In this document: piece after piece, positions 47,933 to 56,386 of the stretch
Position numbering within the stretch: position 1 is the first letter of the stretch
How the letters are laid out: every line of letters begins with the position of its first letter
DNA from: an uncultured Candidatus Saccharibacteria bacterium
GTDB taxonomy: Bacteria; Patescibacteriota; WWE3; UBA101185; UBA10185
DNA: 64,000 bases
Assembly (NCBI GenBank): GCA_964490125.1
Contig: CAZBAJ010000002.1
Coordinates: 23,011-87,010, forward strand
Reading direction: 5' to 3'
Notes under the pieces: generated by a model
Databases searched by the model: none
Told to the model about the DNA's origin: nothing
The model's input: only the letters and a program-made list of their open reading frames with translations
Translations under genes and position numbers: made by a program

Positions 47933-48823
47933 CTACTCACTTTCTAATTGACCTTCCAGCGTCCGTAAGTCGTGCAGTGCCTTTTGGGCTAGCTCTTTTG
48001 ACGGAGGCTTTCCGTGCCATTCAAATTTATACTCCATCTCGGCAACGCCTTTGCCCGGGATGGTATGAGCAATTATAGCAGTCGGGCGTTCGTAAATGTT
48101 TTTTGCCAGTTCACAGGCGCTAATAATTTCTTCCATGTTGTGACCGTTAATTTCTATTACATACCACTTAAAGGCTTCCAGCTTGTCGCGCAAGGGTTCT
48201 AACGGCATGGTTTGCTCCGTGTAGCCGTCAATTTGAATGTTATTGCGGTCTATAATCCAAGTTAGGTTGTTTAATTTGTGGTTGGGGGCAAACATGGCGG
48301 ATTCCCAAATTGCGCCTTCGTCAAGTTCACCGTCGCCTGTTATGCAATAAATTCTGTACGACTTTTGACTAAGTTTGCCGGCAAGCGCCATGCCACAAGC
48401 CAAACTTAAGCCCTGACCTAAAGGTCCGCTGGTAAAATCTATGCCTAATTGTGGGTTTATATGCGGATGACCTTGTAAATTAGACTCAAATTTGCGCAAT
48501 GTTTTTAAGTCCGACTTTGGCAAAAAGCCCTTTTTAATTAGTGTAGCGTACAAAATAGGGCAGGCATGTCCGTTTGACAAAATTAGTCGGTCACGATTTG
48601 GATCCGCGGGTTTTTTTGGGTCGACATTAAGAATACTAAAGTACAGCGCGGTAAAAATGTCCGTAAGCCCCAATGACGACGCCGAATGCCCCGATCCCGC
48701 CGTCAACAACATTTTTATGACATCCTGACGGAGTTGCACCGCAAGTTCTTCTAATTCCAGCAGGTAGCTGTTTTGGGCGTGAAAATGCGACTTAGATAAT
48801 TTACTGACTTTTGGTTGGGGCAT
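47933..48823 (-). CDS. Transketolase N-terminal subunit
   Basis: SGH, DRLILSNGH, GPLGQG, GDGELDEG. Confidence 0.96.
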   Translation of the reverse strand: MPQPKVSKLSKSHFHAQNSYLLELEELAVQLRQDVIKMLLTAGSGHSASSLGLTDIFTALYFSILNVDPKKPADPNRDRLILSNGHACPILYATLIKKGFLPKSDLKTLRKFESNLQGHPHINPQLGIDFTSGPLGQGLSLACGMALAGKLSQKSYRIYCITGDGELDEGAIWESAMFAPNHKLNNLTWIIDRNNIQIDGYTEQTMPLEPLRDKLEAFKWYVIEINGHNMEEIISACELAKNIYERPTAIIAHTIPGKGVAEMEYKFEWHGKPPSKELAQKALHDLRTLEGQLESE

Positions 48824-48854
48824 TGAATCGATTATAGACTAATCCGATGGTAAC

Positions 48855-49466
48855 TCAACCAAGCGAATTAATATAGTCCAAAACTTCCTGCGGGGAATTG
48901 CAAAAATGAATCAAATCGGTTTCCTGGTCGGTTATAAGCATACACTTTTGGAGCGTTGCCATAACCTGTCTCCAAGAGTCGCCAAACAAAATTATAGGTT
49001 TATGGTTTGGTTCATGAATCCACGAGCTTATCCAGGTCATACCAAGCTCGCTTAGCGTACCCAAACTGCCGTTGTAAACTATATGCAGGTCGGAGTTTTG
49101 GAGCATGACTTTTGTGCGGTCAAAATAATCCAAAGTCATAATTTCCTCATCGGGTTTGTTGTTCGGGTCAACGCCTTCGTAGTGTCTCTTTGGTTTGTTG
49201 GGGTGATAAGTTACCGCCAAAGTTTTCCCGCCACCCATGCGTCCGCCCATAGTAGAAGCCCGCATAACCCCTGGTCCGCCACCATTAACAATTTCATAAC
49301 CGTTTTGGGCCAAAAGTCTGGCGGTTTCGTAGGCGTCAATATAGGTTTGATCGGTTTCTTTCCATGCCGCGCCACCTAAAAACGCAATTTTTTTAATCTT
49401 CTTTAAGGGTAAGTTCGTCGCCAAAGCTGTGGCGTTTTCTGCTAGCGAGGTAATTGTTGCGGGCAT
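48855..49466 (-). CDS. LOG/YgdH family protein
   Basis: GGGPGVM, GSLGTLSEL, KPIILFG; TACAAT-6-ATG start. Confidence 0.88.
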   Translation of the reverse strand: MPATITSLAENATALATNLPLKKIKKIAFLGGAAWKETDQTYIDAYETARLLAQNGYEIVNGGGPGVMRASTMGGRMGGGKTLAVTYHPNKPKRHYEGVDPNNKPDEEIMTLDYFDRTKVMLQNSDLHIVYNGSLGTLSELGMTWISSWIHEPNHKPIILFGDSWRQVMATLQKCMLITDQETDLIHFCNSPQEVLDYINSLG

Positions 49467-50139
49467 GATCGTATTGTAACACAAAATTTTGGTACGACTT
49501 TATGGGATCCGGTGATTTAAAAATTGCCGAGCCGATAATTAAATCGTCCGCACCGGCTTCTATGACCATGGGTAGGGTGTCCTGCGCAATTCCCCCGTCA
49601 ACCTGCAAAACTGTAGTTGGGTAAAGCTCTTTAAAGCGGGCAATTTTGTCAAGCGACTCCATTATAAATGGGCGACCCTGCGCGCCCGGATCCACCGTCA
49701 TAAATTGGACAAAATTACATTGTTTTATACAGTCGCCAAAATCCTCAAACGGCGTTGAGTGATTAAAAGAAAGCCCTACCCGGATATTTTTGGCCTTTAG
49801 AACATCGTCAAACGCCTCTAGGCAAAGCGGTTTGTACATAAACGCCTCCGCCTGAATACATACTTCTTTGACGATGGAGGGCAAAAACATAAGCATTTCC
49901 TCCGGTTTTTGGACCATTAGGTGAAGTTGAAGTTGGACGGGGTTGGGTTGGATTTGGGTGGGATTGGACCGGTTTGTATCGCTAAGTTGGTTAAGTAAGG
50001 TTAAATCCGTAAAGGTTTTTCCGCTAACCAACTCACCGTCGGCAATGTCCAGCTGGATTTTTGGGGCAACGATCTTTATTATTTCTATCCTATTTAGCGC
50101 CTCTTGCGATGTTTGTTCTAAGATTCCAGGTATTACCAT
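49393..50139 (-). CDS. rpe: Ribulose-phosphate 3-epimerase
   Basis: LDIADG, HLMV, MTVDPGAQG, VDGGI, GSAIF. Confidence 0.92.
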   Translation of the reverse strand: MVIPGILEQTSQEALNRIEIIKIVAPKIQLDIADGELVSGKTFTDLTLLNQLSDTNRSNPTQIQPNPVQLQLHLMVQKPEEMLMFLPSIVKEVCIQAEAFMYKPLCLEAFDDVLKAKNIRVGLSFNHSTPFEDFGDCIKQCNFVQFMTVDPGAQGRPFIMESLDKIARFKELYPTTVLQVDGGIAQDTLPMVIEAGADDLIIGSAIFKSPDPIKSYQNFVLQYDHARNNYLASRKRHSFGDELTLKED

Positions 50140-50141
50140 AT

Positions 50142-51158
50142 TTATCCTAAGGCAATCTCCTCCAGCTTTTTTAGTCGTCTGGTATGTCTTTCTTCATTAC
50201 TAAATGGCGTTTCCAAAAAAGCCAACGCCGTTTGTAGGGCGGCTTCTTTGGTAATGTAGTCGGCGGGGAGAGCTAAAAAGTTGGCGTCATCGTCTTGTCT
50301 GGCAGATTTTGCATGCTCCGGATTAAATGAAAGCGCGCATCTAACGCCTTCCATTTTATTAGCTAAGACGCTTACCCCAACCCCGTTTTTACAAATTACA
50401 ATTGTGGGGATGGTTGACTTCTGACCCTGCCTCTGGTAATCTTGGTCTAATATTGGGAGCTGAGGGATAATCGGCGCTTCGGCGTTAGAAAGTTCCCGAC
50501 GTCGCCAACAAGCGAGAGACAGCTCCTTTATTGTTTCATCGTCTACCTTTATTCCTTGGTTTGCTACGCTACCTTTCCACATTACGGAAAGGAAAGTTAC
50601 AGGTCCTTTGTTTGTTGAGTTCAAAACCACCTTTACCTTTACAAATTCAACAACATCATCATACGCCCAATACTCATCCGTGGTGTTTTGATATATTTTT
50701 TTGATGTAGACAGGGTCGGCTTCTGTTTTACAAAGCAGGTAGGGTACTCTCGGTAATGCAAAAAACCTGGTGATTAATTCGTTTAAAGATCGTTTTTTCT
50801 CCACCATGTGATTCCATCCTGTGCTGGAAAAAACTATTCTCTGATTGCGGTCTGCAGGATTAGTAACATCTTTTTTACATAAAACATCGTTGTAATACCT
50901 ACCGGCGATTTTTTCTGTGTACTCAAAAGACTTTTTCTGAATCGTATTAACATCCTCTTTATAATCTAGTCCGTAGTAGGCCAATTGTTTAAGGGTGTCC
51001 GGGTAATCGTCGTCAGGTTTATATTTCCAGGGTCCAAAATCGCGTACCTGGTAGCCTAGTAGCTTAAGTCTGCTCACGATATAATTTTTTAATCTAAAAC
51101 CACCGTGGTCACTGGCAATAAAAACATTTTTTGGTTGTTGAGTGTTTGCAATTTCCAC
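50142..51158 (-). CDS. rpiB: Ribose-5-phosphate isomerase B with a large in-frame insertion
   Basis: IASDHGGF, DDDYPD, then ~185 extra aa, then ICKNGVG..ANK..GVR, DDANFLAL, ERHTRR. GTG 51158 start inferred from TTGACG-18-TATGTT-6. Confidence 0.92.
   Translation of the reverse strand: MEIANTQQPKNVFIASDHGGFRLKNYIVSRLKLLGYQVRDFGPWKYKPDDDYPDTLKQLAYYGLDYKEDVNTIQKKSFEYTEKIAGRYYNDVLCKKDVTNPADRNQRIVFSSTGWNHMVEKKRSLNELITRFFALPRVPYLLCKTEADPVYIKKIYQNTTDEYWAYDDVVEFVKVKVVLNSTNKGPVTFLSVMWKGSVANQGIKVDDETIKELSLACWRRRELSNAEAPIIPQLPILDQDYQRQGQKSTIPTIVICKNGVGVSVLANKMEGVRCALSFNPEHAKSARQDDDANFLALPADYITKEAALQTALAFLETPFSNEERHTRRLKKLEEIALG
50414..50442 (+). promoter_or_regulatory. Antisense sigma70 promoter inside the rpiB insert
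   Basis: TTGACT-17 nt-TAATCT with a TGn extension. Confidence 0.7.
50449..50536 (+). ncRNA. Candidate antisense three-way-junction RNA
   Basis: P1 GGGAGCTG/CAGCTCCT, P2 with C(UUCG)G loop, P3 TCGC/GCGA, U-rich tail. Confidence 0.6.
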
Positions 51159-51217
51159 AGGAAAAACATAACACACATTGCAGTTATCCGTCAACATTTG
51201 TGGTGTAAAATTAGCTC

Positions 51218-52087
51218 ATGTACGGCTTTTGTATTTTTTTGGGAATTATGTGTGCGACTTTGGTAGGTGAGCGGTTGTGTAAAAAGCACGGTTTGGATGC
51301 CCAGGTTTTTTGGCGCATGGTATTTTTTGCTTTAGTTTTTGGACTTTTGGGGGCGCGTCTTTATCATGTGATACATCGTTTGGATTATTTTTTGGTTCAC
51401 CCACAGGAAGTTTTTATGGTTTGGCAAGGTGGATTTGGCATTTGGGGCGCAATTTTTGGTGGACTTTTTGGGCTTTATCTTTCGTCTATAAATCTACGCA
51501 AGTTAGGGTTTGCCGAAACAAGGGCGACGGTAGTAGGTACGAAGATTGTTTCCAGTCGTAAAGATGCTGTGTCTTATTTAGACATTTTTGCCGTTTGCGC
51601 CCCTTTGGCTCAAGCAATCGGGCGGTGGGGAAATTACTTTAACAAAGAGCTTTTTGGTTTTCCCACAAATTTGCCTTGGGGAATTTATATTCCGCCCCAC
51701 CTCCGTCCAGAAACTTTTAAATACTACGATCGCTTCCACCCGCTGTTTTTATACGAGTTGCTTTTATCCTTTGGACTTTTTGTCTTGTTGTACAGAATTT
51801 ATAGTTTGCAGGATGTACACAGTCGGCAGGACGGGAGGAGTAAACAGTGTCAACACTTTATCGGATGGATCCTTTTACCTCGCGGTTCTTTTGCCCTACT
51901 TTACTTGTCAGGCTACGCCGTTATAAGATTTTTTCTGGAATTTCTACGCCCAAATCCTTGGAAAGTCCTAAATCTTCCAGTCGCTAGCATTGTAGCAATT
52001 ATAGTATTTTCGTCGTCCCTAACTTTGTTTTTTATTGCTAACATTAAAGCCAATAAGCGCCAGCATAAAAAAGATAATTCCACTTAA
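51218..52087 (+). CDS. lgt: Prolipoprotein diacylglyceryl transferase
   Basis: GARLYHV, GGFGIWGAIFGG, QAIGRWGNYFNKELFG, HPLFLYE, RFFLEFLR. Confidence 0.96.
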   Translation: MYGFCIFLGIMCATLVGERLCKKHGLDAQVFWRMVFFALVFGLLGARLYHVIHRLDYFLVHPQEVFMVWQGGFGIWGAIFGGLFGLYLSSINLRKLGFAETRATVVGTKIVSSRKDAVSYLDIFAVCAPLAQAIGRWGNYFNKELFGFPTNLPWGIYIPPHLRPETFKYYDRFHPLFLYELLLSFGLFVLLYRIYSLQDVHSRQDGRSKQCQHFIGWILLPRGSFALLYLSGYAVIRFFLEFLRPNPWKVLNLPVASIVAIIVFSSSLTLFFIANIKANKRQHKKDNST

Positions 52088-52295
52088 ATTAGAAAGTATG
52101 ATGTCCGTAACTTTTGCTCTAAACGCGTCTTCCATTACGGCTCTAAAAATAAACAGACAAAACACAAACAGAGCAATCACAAAAACTCCCAAAAGTGCCC
52201 ACTGGCGTAATCTTTTTTGGAATTCGTATAGGTCGTTTTTTTTCCAGTTGCTTCAACTCGTCGTCCGAATATAGTTTTTTAGCTTCTTGTTCCAT
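52019..52295 (-). pseudogene. Small two-TM protein frameshifted at an A8 run
   Basis: Removing one base at 52236-52243 gives a 91-aa protein MEQEAKK...RQWALLGVFVIALFVFCLFIF...IIFFMLALIGF; ATG 6 nt after the ImmA stop. Confidence 0.7.
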
Positions 52296-52301
52296 AGGCT
52301 G

Positions 52302-52826
52302 TTACGCAAACGAAACATACTCAACTTTGTAACCCAAATCTTTAAGTCGCAAAAGCGCCACGGCAACAGAAACCTTAAATTTTTCTGCCACCCGCCTAAG
52401 CGCTTCCGCGTTAATAAAGCTTTTAGCGTCAGCCGTTTTTTTAAGCGATTCCAACACCATTTCTTTTGGCATTAGAATTTCCGCCGCCAGTTTGTTAGCT
52501 TCGTCCTCAAGTTTTCTGTCCGCCGTATGAAAAACCTTTGCCCTGTCAATTGCATGTCTTTCTTTAACAATTGGCGCGTGTTTAATAAAATGGGCAATTT
52601 CATGAGCTATGGAAAATCTTTGCCTATTTACGGGATGGGCGCTGTTGACTTGAATAGTAAAAGCATTGGTTTCTGCCTGATACATAAGCTGGGAATTAAA
52701 ATCGTTGGATTCCTGCACGGCGTACACTTCCATACCTAAAGTATTTGCCAGTTTAACAACATCAATCGAGTCGCCTGTTAGACTTTTATGTTGAAGTATT
52801 CTATTTAAAAGTTCCTGCTCTACCAT
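52302..52826 (-). CDS. ImmA/IrrE family metallo-endopeptidase
   Basis: RQRFSIAHEIAH, EDEANKLAAEILMP. Confidence 0.92.
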   Translation of the reverse strand: MVEQELLNRILQHKSLTGDSIDVVKLANTLGMEVYAVQESNDFNSQLMYQAETNAFTIQVNSAHPVNRQRFSIAHEIAHFIKHAPIVKERHAIDRAKVFHTADRKLEDEANKLAAEILMPKEMVLESLKKTADAKSFINAEALRRVAEKFKVSVAVALLRLKDLGYKVEYVSFA

Positions 52827-52970
52827 GCCCCCACCTTACACGAATATTAACCGAAATGCAAGTGGATAAATTTGCTACCAAAAAAACTAAGGACGACTGG
52901 GTTACAAAAACTTCTGTCACCATCCTGTAATAATATTGACAGATGTCTCTAAACCTGTCACACTAAAAAC

Positions 52971-53252
52971 ATGGTCGCTCAACTTATTGCCAAAGAAAAA
53001 TTTACTAGTGTTCAAGTTGCCCAAGCCGGTATAACAAAGCTGTTTCAAAATGCAGAAGCAGAAGGCACCTTTTACAGAGTTCTTAGAAACAACGAGCCCT
53101 TAGGTGTATTAGTGCCAAATGAGTTTTGGGACGAGTTATTAGAGGACATGGAGGCTTTGTCTAGCCCTACTTTAGGAAAAGATTTGGAGGATGCTCTAAA
53201 GTACGACAAAACCTACACACCGCAGGAAGTCAAAAAAGTTTTAGGATTGTAA
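52971..53252 (+). CDS. Phd/YefM-like antitoxin
   Basis: VLRNNEPLGVLV..WDELLEDME; promoter TTGACA(52936)-17-CACACT-6-ATG with TGACAG/CTGTCA inverted repeat. Confidence 0.8.
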   Translation: MVAQLIAKEKFTSVQVAQAGITKLFQNAEAEGTFYRVLRNNEPLGVLVPNEFWDELLEDMEALSSPTLGKDLEDALKYDKTYTPQEVKKVLGL

Positions 53253-53253
53253 A

Positions 53254-53511
53254 GTGCAATATTCCTACTCCTATAAAGCATTAAACGACCTTGGAAAATT
53301 GCCAAGAGAACTGCAAACCAGGATTACTGAAAAGCTAGAATTTATTTTTGAAAACAACCTCTTGGCAACCCACTCTCGTCCGCTTGCGGGTAGTAAATCA
53401 GGGTGCTCAAGAATCAGAATCGGTGACTATCGCGCAATTTTTCACATTCAGACGACTGGAATTGCAGTAGTTATTAAGGTTGCGCACAGAAAGGATATTT
53501 ACAATTTGTGA
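53254..53511 (+). CDS. RelE/ParE family toxin
   Basis: ALNDLGKLP, RIRIGDYRAIF, VAHRKDIY. Confidence 0.92.
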   Translation: MQYSYSYKALNDLGKLPRELQTRITEKLEFIFENNLLATHSRPLAGSKSGCSRIRIGDYRAIFHIQTTGIAVVIKVAHRKDIYNL

Positions 53512-54035
53512 CATACATAATGGTCGACATAGAGGCAGATGGACCGATTCCGGGCGATTATTCCATGATCGCGCTTGGGGCGGTTTTGGTTGACGCCACG
53601 CTGGACAATACTTTTTTGGGTTTGCTTAGGCCCATGTCAGACAAATTTATTCCGGAGGCGCTGGCAGTTTCCGGCTACTCCCGCGAGCAGACTTTGCAGT
53701 TTGACGACCCCGCTCGCGTAATGAGCAACTTTAACAGTTGGCTCACCGTCCATGTAAAAGATCGTCCAATGTTTATAAGTGACAATAACGGTTTCGATTT
53801 TATGTTTGTGTGTTGGTATTTTCACCATTTTTTGGGCGACAATCCGTTCGGTCATTCGTCAACAAATTTGGGGAGTTTGTATAAAGGACTTGTTGCCAAC
53901 ACGCGCAAAAATTTTAAGCATTTGCGTCAAACCAAGCACACGCATAATCCGGTGGACGACGCTATGGGCAACGCTCAAGCCTTTTTGCAGTTGGCTAAAG
54001 AGTATAATTTGGATGTTTTGCCGAATATTGCCTAA
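53508..54035 (+). CDS. DEDDh 3'-5' exoribonuclease-like protein
   Basis: VDIEADGP, NNGFD, HNPVDDA. Confidence 0.88.
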   Translation: MTYIMVDIEADGPIPGDYSMIALGAVLVDATLDNTFLGLLRPMSDKFIPEALAVSGYSREQTLQFDDPARVMSNFNSWLTVHVKDRPMFISDNNGFDFMFVCWYFHHFLGDNPFGHSSTNLGSLYKGLVANTRKNFKHLRQTKHTHNPVDDAMGNAQAFLQLAKEYNLDVLPNIA

Positions 54036-54057
54036 TGTTGCCAAATGCTTCCTAATC
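54018..54057. repeat. Four 10-bp tandem repeats (TTGCCTAATG-like) at the fic 3' end
   Basis: TTGCCGAATA TTGCCTAATG TTGCCAAATG CTTCCTAATC. Confidence 0.8.
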
Positions 54058-55044
54058 TTGCGGAGCGGGTTTGTAAAACACACCGTTAGTAGTACCCATT
54101 TTATTAATAAACCCGCCATCCTGGAGTCTTTTTAAATCGTACCGCAAAGTTCTTTCATTCACGGCTAAAAATCGCCTTCTTATAGCGTCAAAATTTAGCA
54201 AACCATGTTCCTTTATCAGTCTAACTAATTCTGCGCGACGGGGTAAAAGCAAGTCTTCCGGTTCCACCTTTTTGTGATTTAACACCATTTCTTTGGCTTT
54301 TTCTGCCGACTCGGCAATAGACTCCAACATAAATTCTACATATGCAGTAACATCTTTTTCCGGTTCTTCAAGCATTTGATAATAAGTTGTCCTGTGATTT
54401 TCCAAATACTCCTCCAGGGGTAAAATTCCTTTCATGTCGTACCCGTCATTTTTAAGAATCTGCCTAATTAAAAGTCGCCCAACCCGCCCGCTTCCGTCCA
54501 AAAAGGGATGAATTTTTTCAAAAATATAATGCGCGACAACAGCTTTAATTGGCACAAACCGCTCACCAGACCCATTTATATAGTCTACAAGTTTGTCAAG
54601 CAGTTCTTCTATGTGACTTGGGGGTGGGGGCATATAAACAACTCCACCCGCCGAATTAAAAATTGCCTCCATATTATCGCGGATTTTTCCTAGGTGACTC
54701 TGGTGGAGCAAACCCTTCATGACAATCGCATGGAGTTTTAAAATCAGGTTTTTGGTTATTGGGGCGGGGTTTTTTTCCTGAATTAGGTTAATTGCTTTAA
54801 GGATGTTAAAAACCTCAATTTTCTTTTTATCCTTTGGACTTAGTAGGGCGAGCTCGTCAAATATTAGCGGATTACCCTCGATGTTGGCAGAGTACAGGGA
54901 ACTTTTAAGTGTAGACTTTCTGCGAATATTCAATTCTACTTCTGGTGGGATGTTTACGGCGTCAATAACCTGCTTGCACGCCTCTATCTTTGCCAGCAGT
55001 TCTGACATTGTAGGATTAAAAATGTAGATAGGTGGTATTAACAT
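54052..55044 (-). CDS. Fic family protein with C-terminal winged HTH
   Basis: SANIEGN inhibitory motif, HPFLDGSGRVGR, ERTLRYDLKRL. Confidence 0.93.
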   Translation of the reverse strand: MLIPPIYIFNPTMSELLAKIEACKQVIDAVNIPPEVELNIRRKSTLKSSLYSANIEGNPLIFDELALLSPKDKKKIEVFNILKAINLIQEKNPAPITKNLILKLHAIVMKGLLHQSHLGKIRDNMEAIFNSAGGVVYMPPPPSHIEELLDKLVDYINGSGERFVPIKAVVAHYIFEKIHPFLDGSGRVGRLLIRQILKNDGYDMKGILPLEEYLENHRTTYYQMLEEPEKDVTAYVEFMLESIAESAEKAKEMVLNHKKVEPEDLLLPRRAELVRLIKEHGLLNFDAIRRRFLAVNERTLRYDLKRLQDGGFINKMGTTNGVFYKPAPQD

Positions 55045-55093
55045 TGCCTAATGTTACCAGATGTTGCCTAATAATGCCTAATTTTGCCAAATA
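55044..55093. repeat. Five 10-bp tandem repeats over the fic promoter
   Basis: TTGCCTAATG TTACCAGATG TTGCCTAATA ATGCCTAATT TTGCCAAATA. Confidence 0.85.
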
Positions 55094-55119
55094 AAGAGGT
55101 TGACATAGAATGGTGCGAC

Positions 55120-55443
55120 TTAAAGAGTTGGACGGAGGACAAGCAAAATTATGCCGACAAAGTAGAAAAAGCCCCAGCCCAGCGTCCAACCAAGCAAATT
55201 AAACGCTTCGCGATAGTTTTTATTCCAAAAAAGCACGCCCGCCCTGCCCAAAACCAGCAAAGCAGAAATTACCGCGGAAAGAATAAACAAAAGCAACATC
55301 AAAATTGGACCGTAAAATTTCATTGTGTCGATTTTGCTAAAAAGTGGTCCTAGGGTAAAAAAGTACGCCACCAGTCCTATGTAGACAACAAGTCCGCTTG
55401 CCTGCAAAAATCCTAAAAACGGTGTGGATAATTTCTTAACCAT
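55120..55443 (-). CDS. Small three-TM membrane protein
   Basis: Hydrophobic helices; TATAAT-7-ATG. Confidence 0.8.
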   Translation of the reverse strand: MVKKLSTPFLGFLQASGLVVYIGLVAYFFTLGPLFSKIDTMKFYGPILMLLLFILSAVISALLVLGRAGVLFWNKNYREAFNLLGWTLGWGFFYFVGIILLVLRPTL

Positions 55444-55476
55444 GGATATTATTATAACATCTGGTAAAATTAGTCC

Positions 55477-56328
55477 ATGCCTTGGATGTCATTAGCATTA
55501 ATCAGTATATTAACAGTTTCTATCGCGACAATATTAGAGAGAGTTCTTATGAAGAACGACGATAGTGATCCTATTAGCTACGCTATTGTTTTTCAATTTA
55601 TGTTAGGGTCCATATCATTGATTTTCGCACTTTTCTTTGGAAGGTTCGTGTTTCCCTCGCTTAGTATTTTGGGCTCTAGATTCATCCTTGCCACTTTTTT
55701 ATGGGCAGGTTCTACCGTATTCAGTTTCTCGGCTATGAAGAGATTGACCGCTGGGGAAGTTACCGTACTTACAACAAGTAGTACCGTTGTTTCTGTTGTT
55801 CTCGGAGTGTTACTTTTAAGAGAGCCGTTTTCCTTAAGGATATTTCTAGGGATAGTTTTAATTTTATTGTCGGTATGGTTGGTTAACAGTGCTAAAGTTA
55901 GTTTTGCTTCAAAGCAGGGAGTCGGGTTTGCTTTGTTGGCGGCGACATTCTGCGGTGTTGCCGTTGTTAATGATTTAGTAATTTTAAAAAACTACGAGGC
56001 GTTTTCTTACACTGCTGTTATGTCGTTTCTTCCCGGTTTGGCGTTGATGTTCATTTTTCCTGGGAAGGCAAAAAAGATAAGAACCATGTTAAAGCTCCAG
56101 ACGCTAAAAGTCATGTCGATTTTTTGTTTTTTCTATTCTATCCAAGCCATTACTTATTATCTTGCCTTTCAGGCCGGTGCTCCAGTTTCTTTATTATCCC
56201 CGCTTATTAAAACTTCCATTATTCTTACTGTAATTCTAGGTGTAATTTTTCTTGGTGAGCGCAATAATTTATTACGAAAAATTGTTGCCTCGTTATTAGT
56301 TACGATAGGTGCGGTGTTTTTAGGCTAG
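55477..56328 (+). CDS. EamA/DMT family transporter
   Basis: About ten TMs in two repeats, LLLREP and FLGE motifs. Confidence 0.9.
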   Translation: MPWMSLALISILTVSIATILERVLMKNDDSDPISYAIVFQFMLGSISLIFALFFGRFVFPSLSILGSRFILATFLWAGSTVFSFSAMKRLTAGEVTVLTTSSTVVSVVLGVLLLREPFSLRIFLGIVLILLSVWLVNSAKVSFASKQGVGFALLAATFCGVAVVNDLVILKNYEAFSYTAVMSFLPGLALMFIFPGKAKKIRTMLKLQTLKVMSIFCFFYSIQAITYYLAFQAGAPVSLLSPLIKTSIILTVILGVIFLGERNNLLRKIVASLLVTIGAVFLG

Positions 56329-56386
56329 CGGGGCTACTGTGTCGCGGAATTTTGACTCCAACCCCCTATTTTAGTACCATTGCCTG

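Noticed and set aside
49930-49978. GGTTG-like 5-nt repeats in rpe and at 40011-40060
   Set aside because: Degenerate low-complexity tracts; no evidence of function beyond a short loop insertion.
50455-50527. Hammerhead ribozyme reading of the antisense RNA (CTGA...GAAA)
   Set aside because: Core is CUGAGGGA rather than CUGANGA, and there is no stem III with an NUH cleavage triplet.
50412-50966. Intein or group I/II intron in rpiB
   Set aside because: No N-terminal Cys/Ser block with a His-Asn end, no LAGLIDADG motif and no recognisable intron core; the frame is open throughout.
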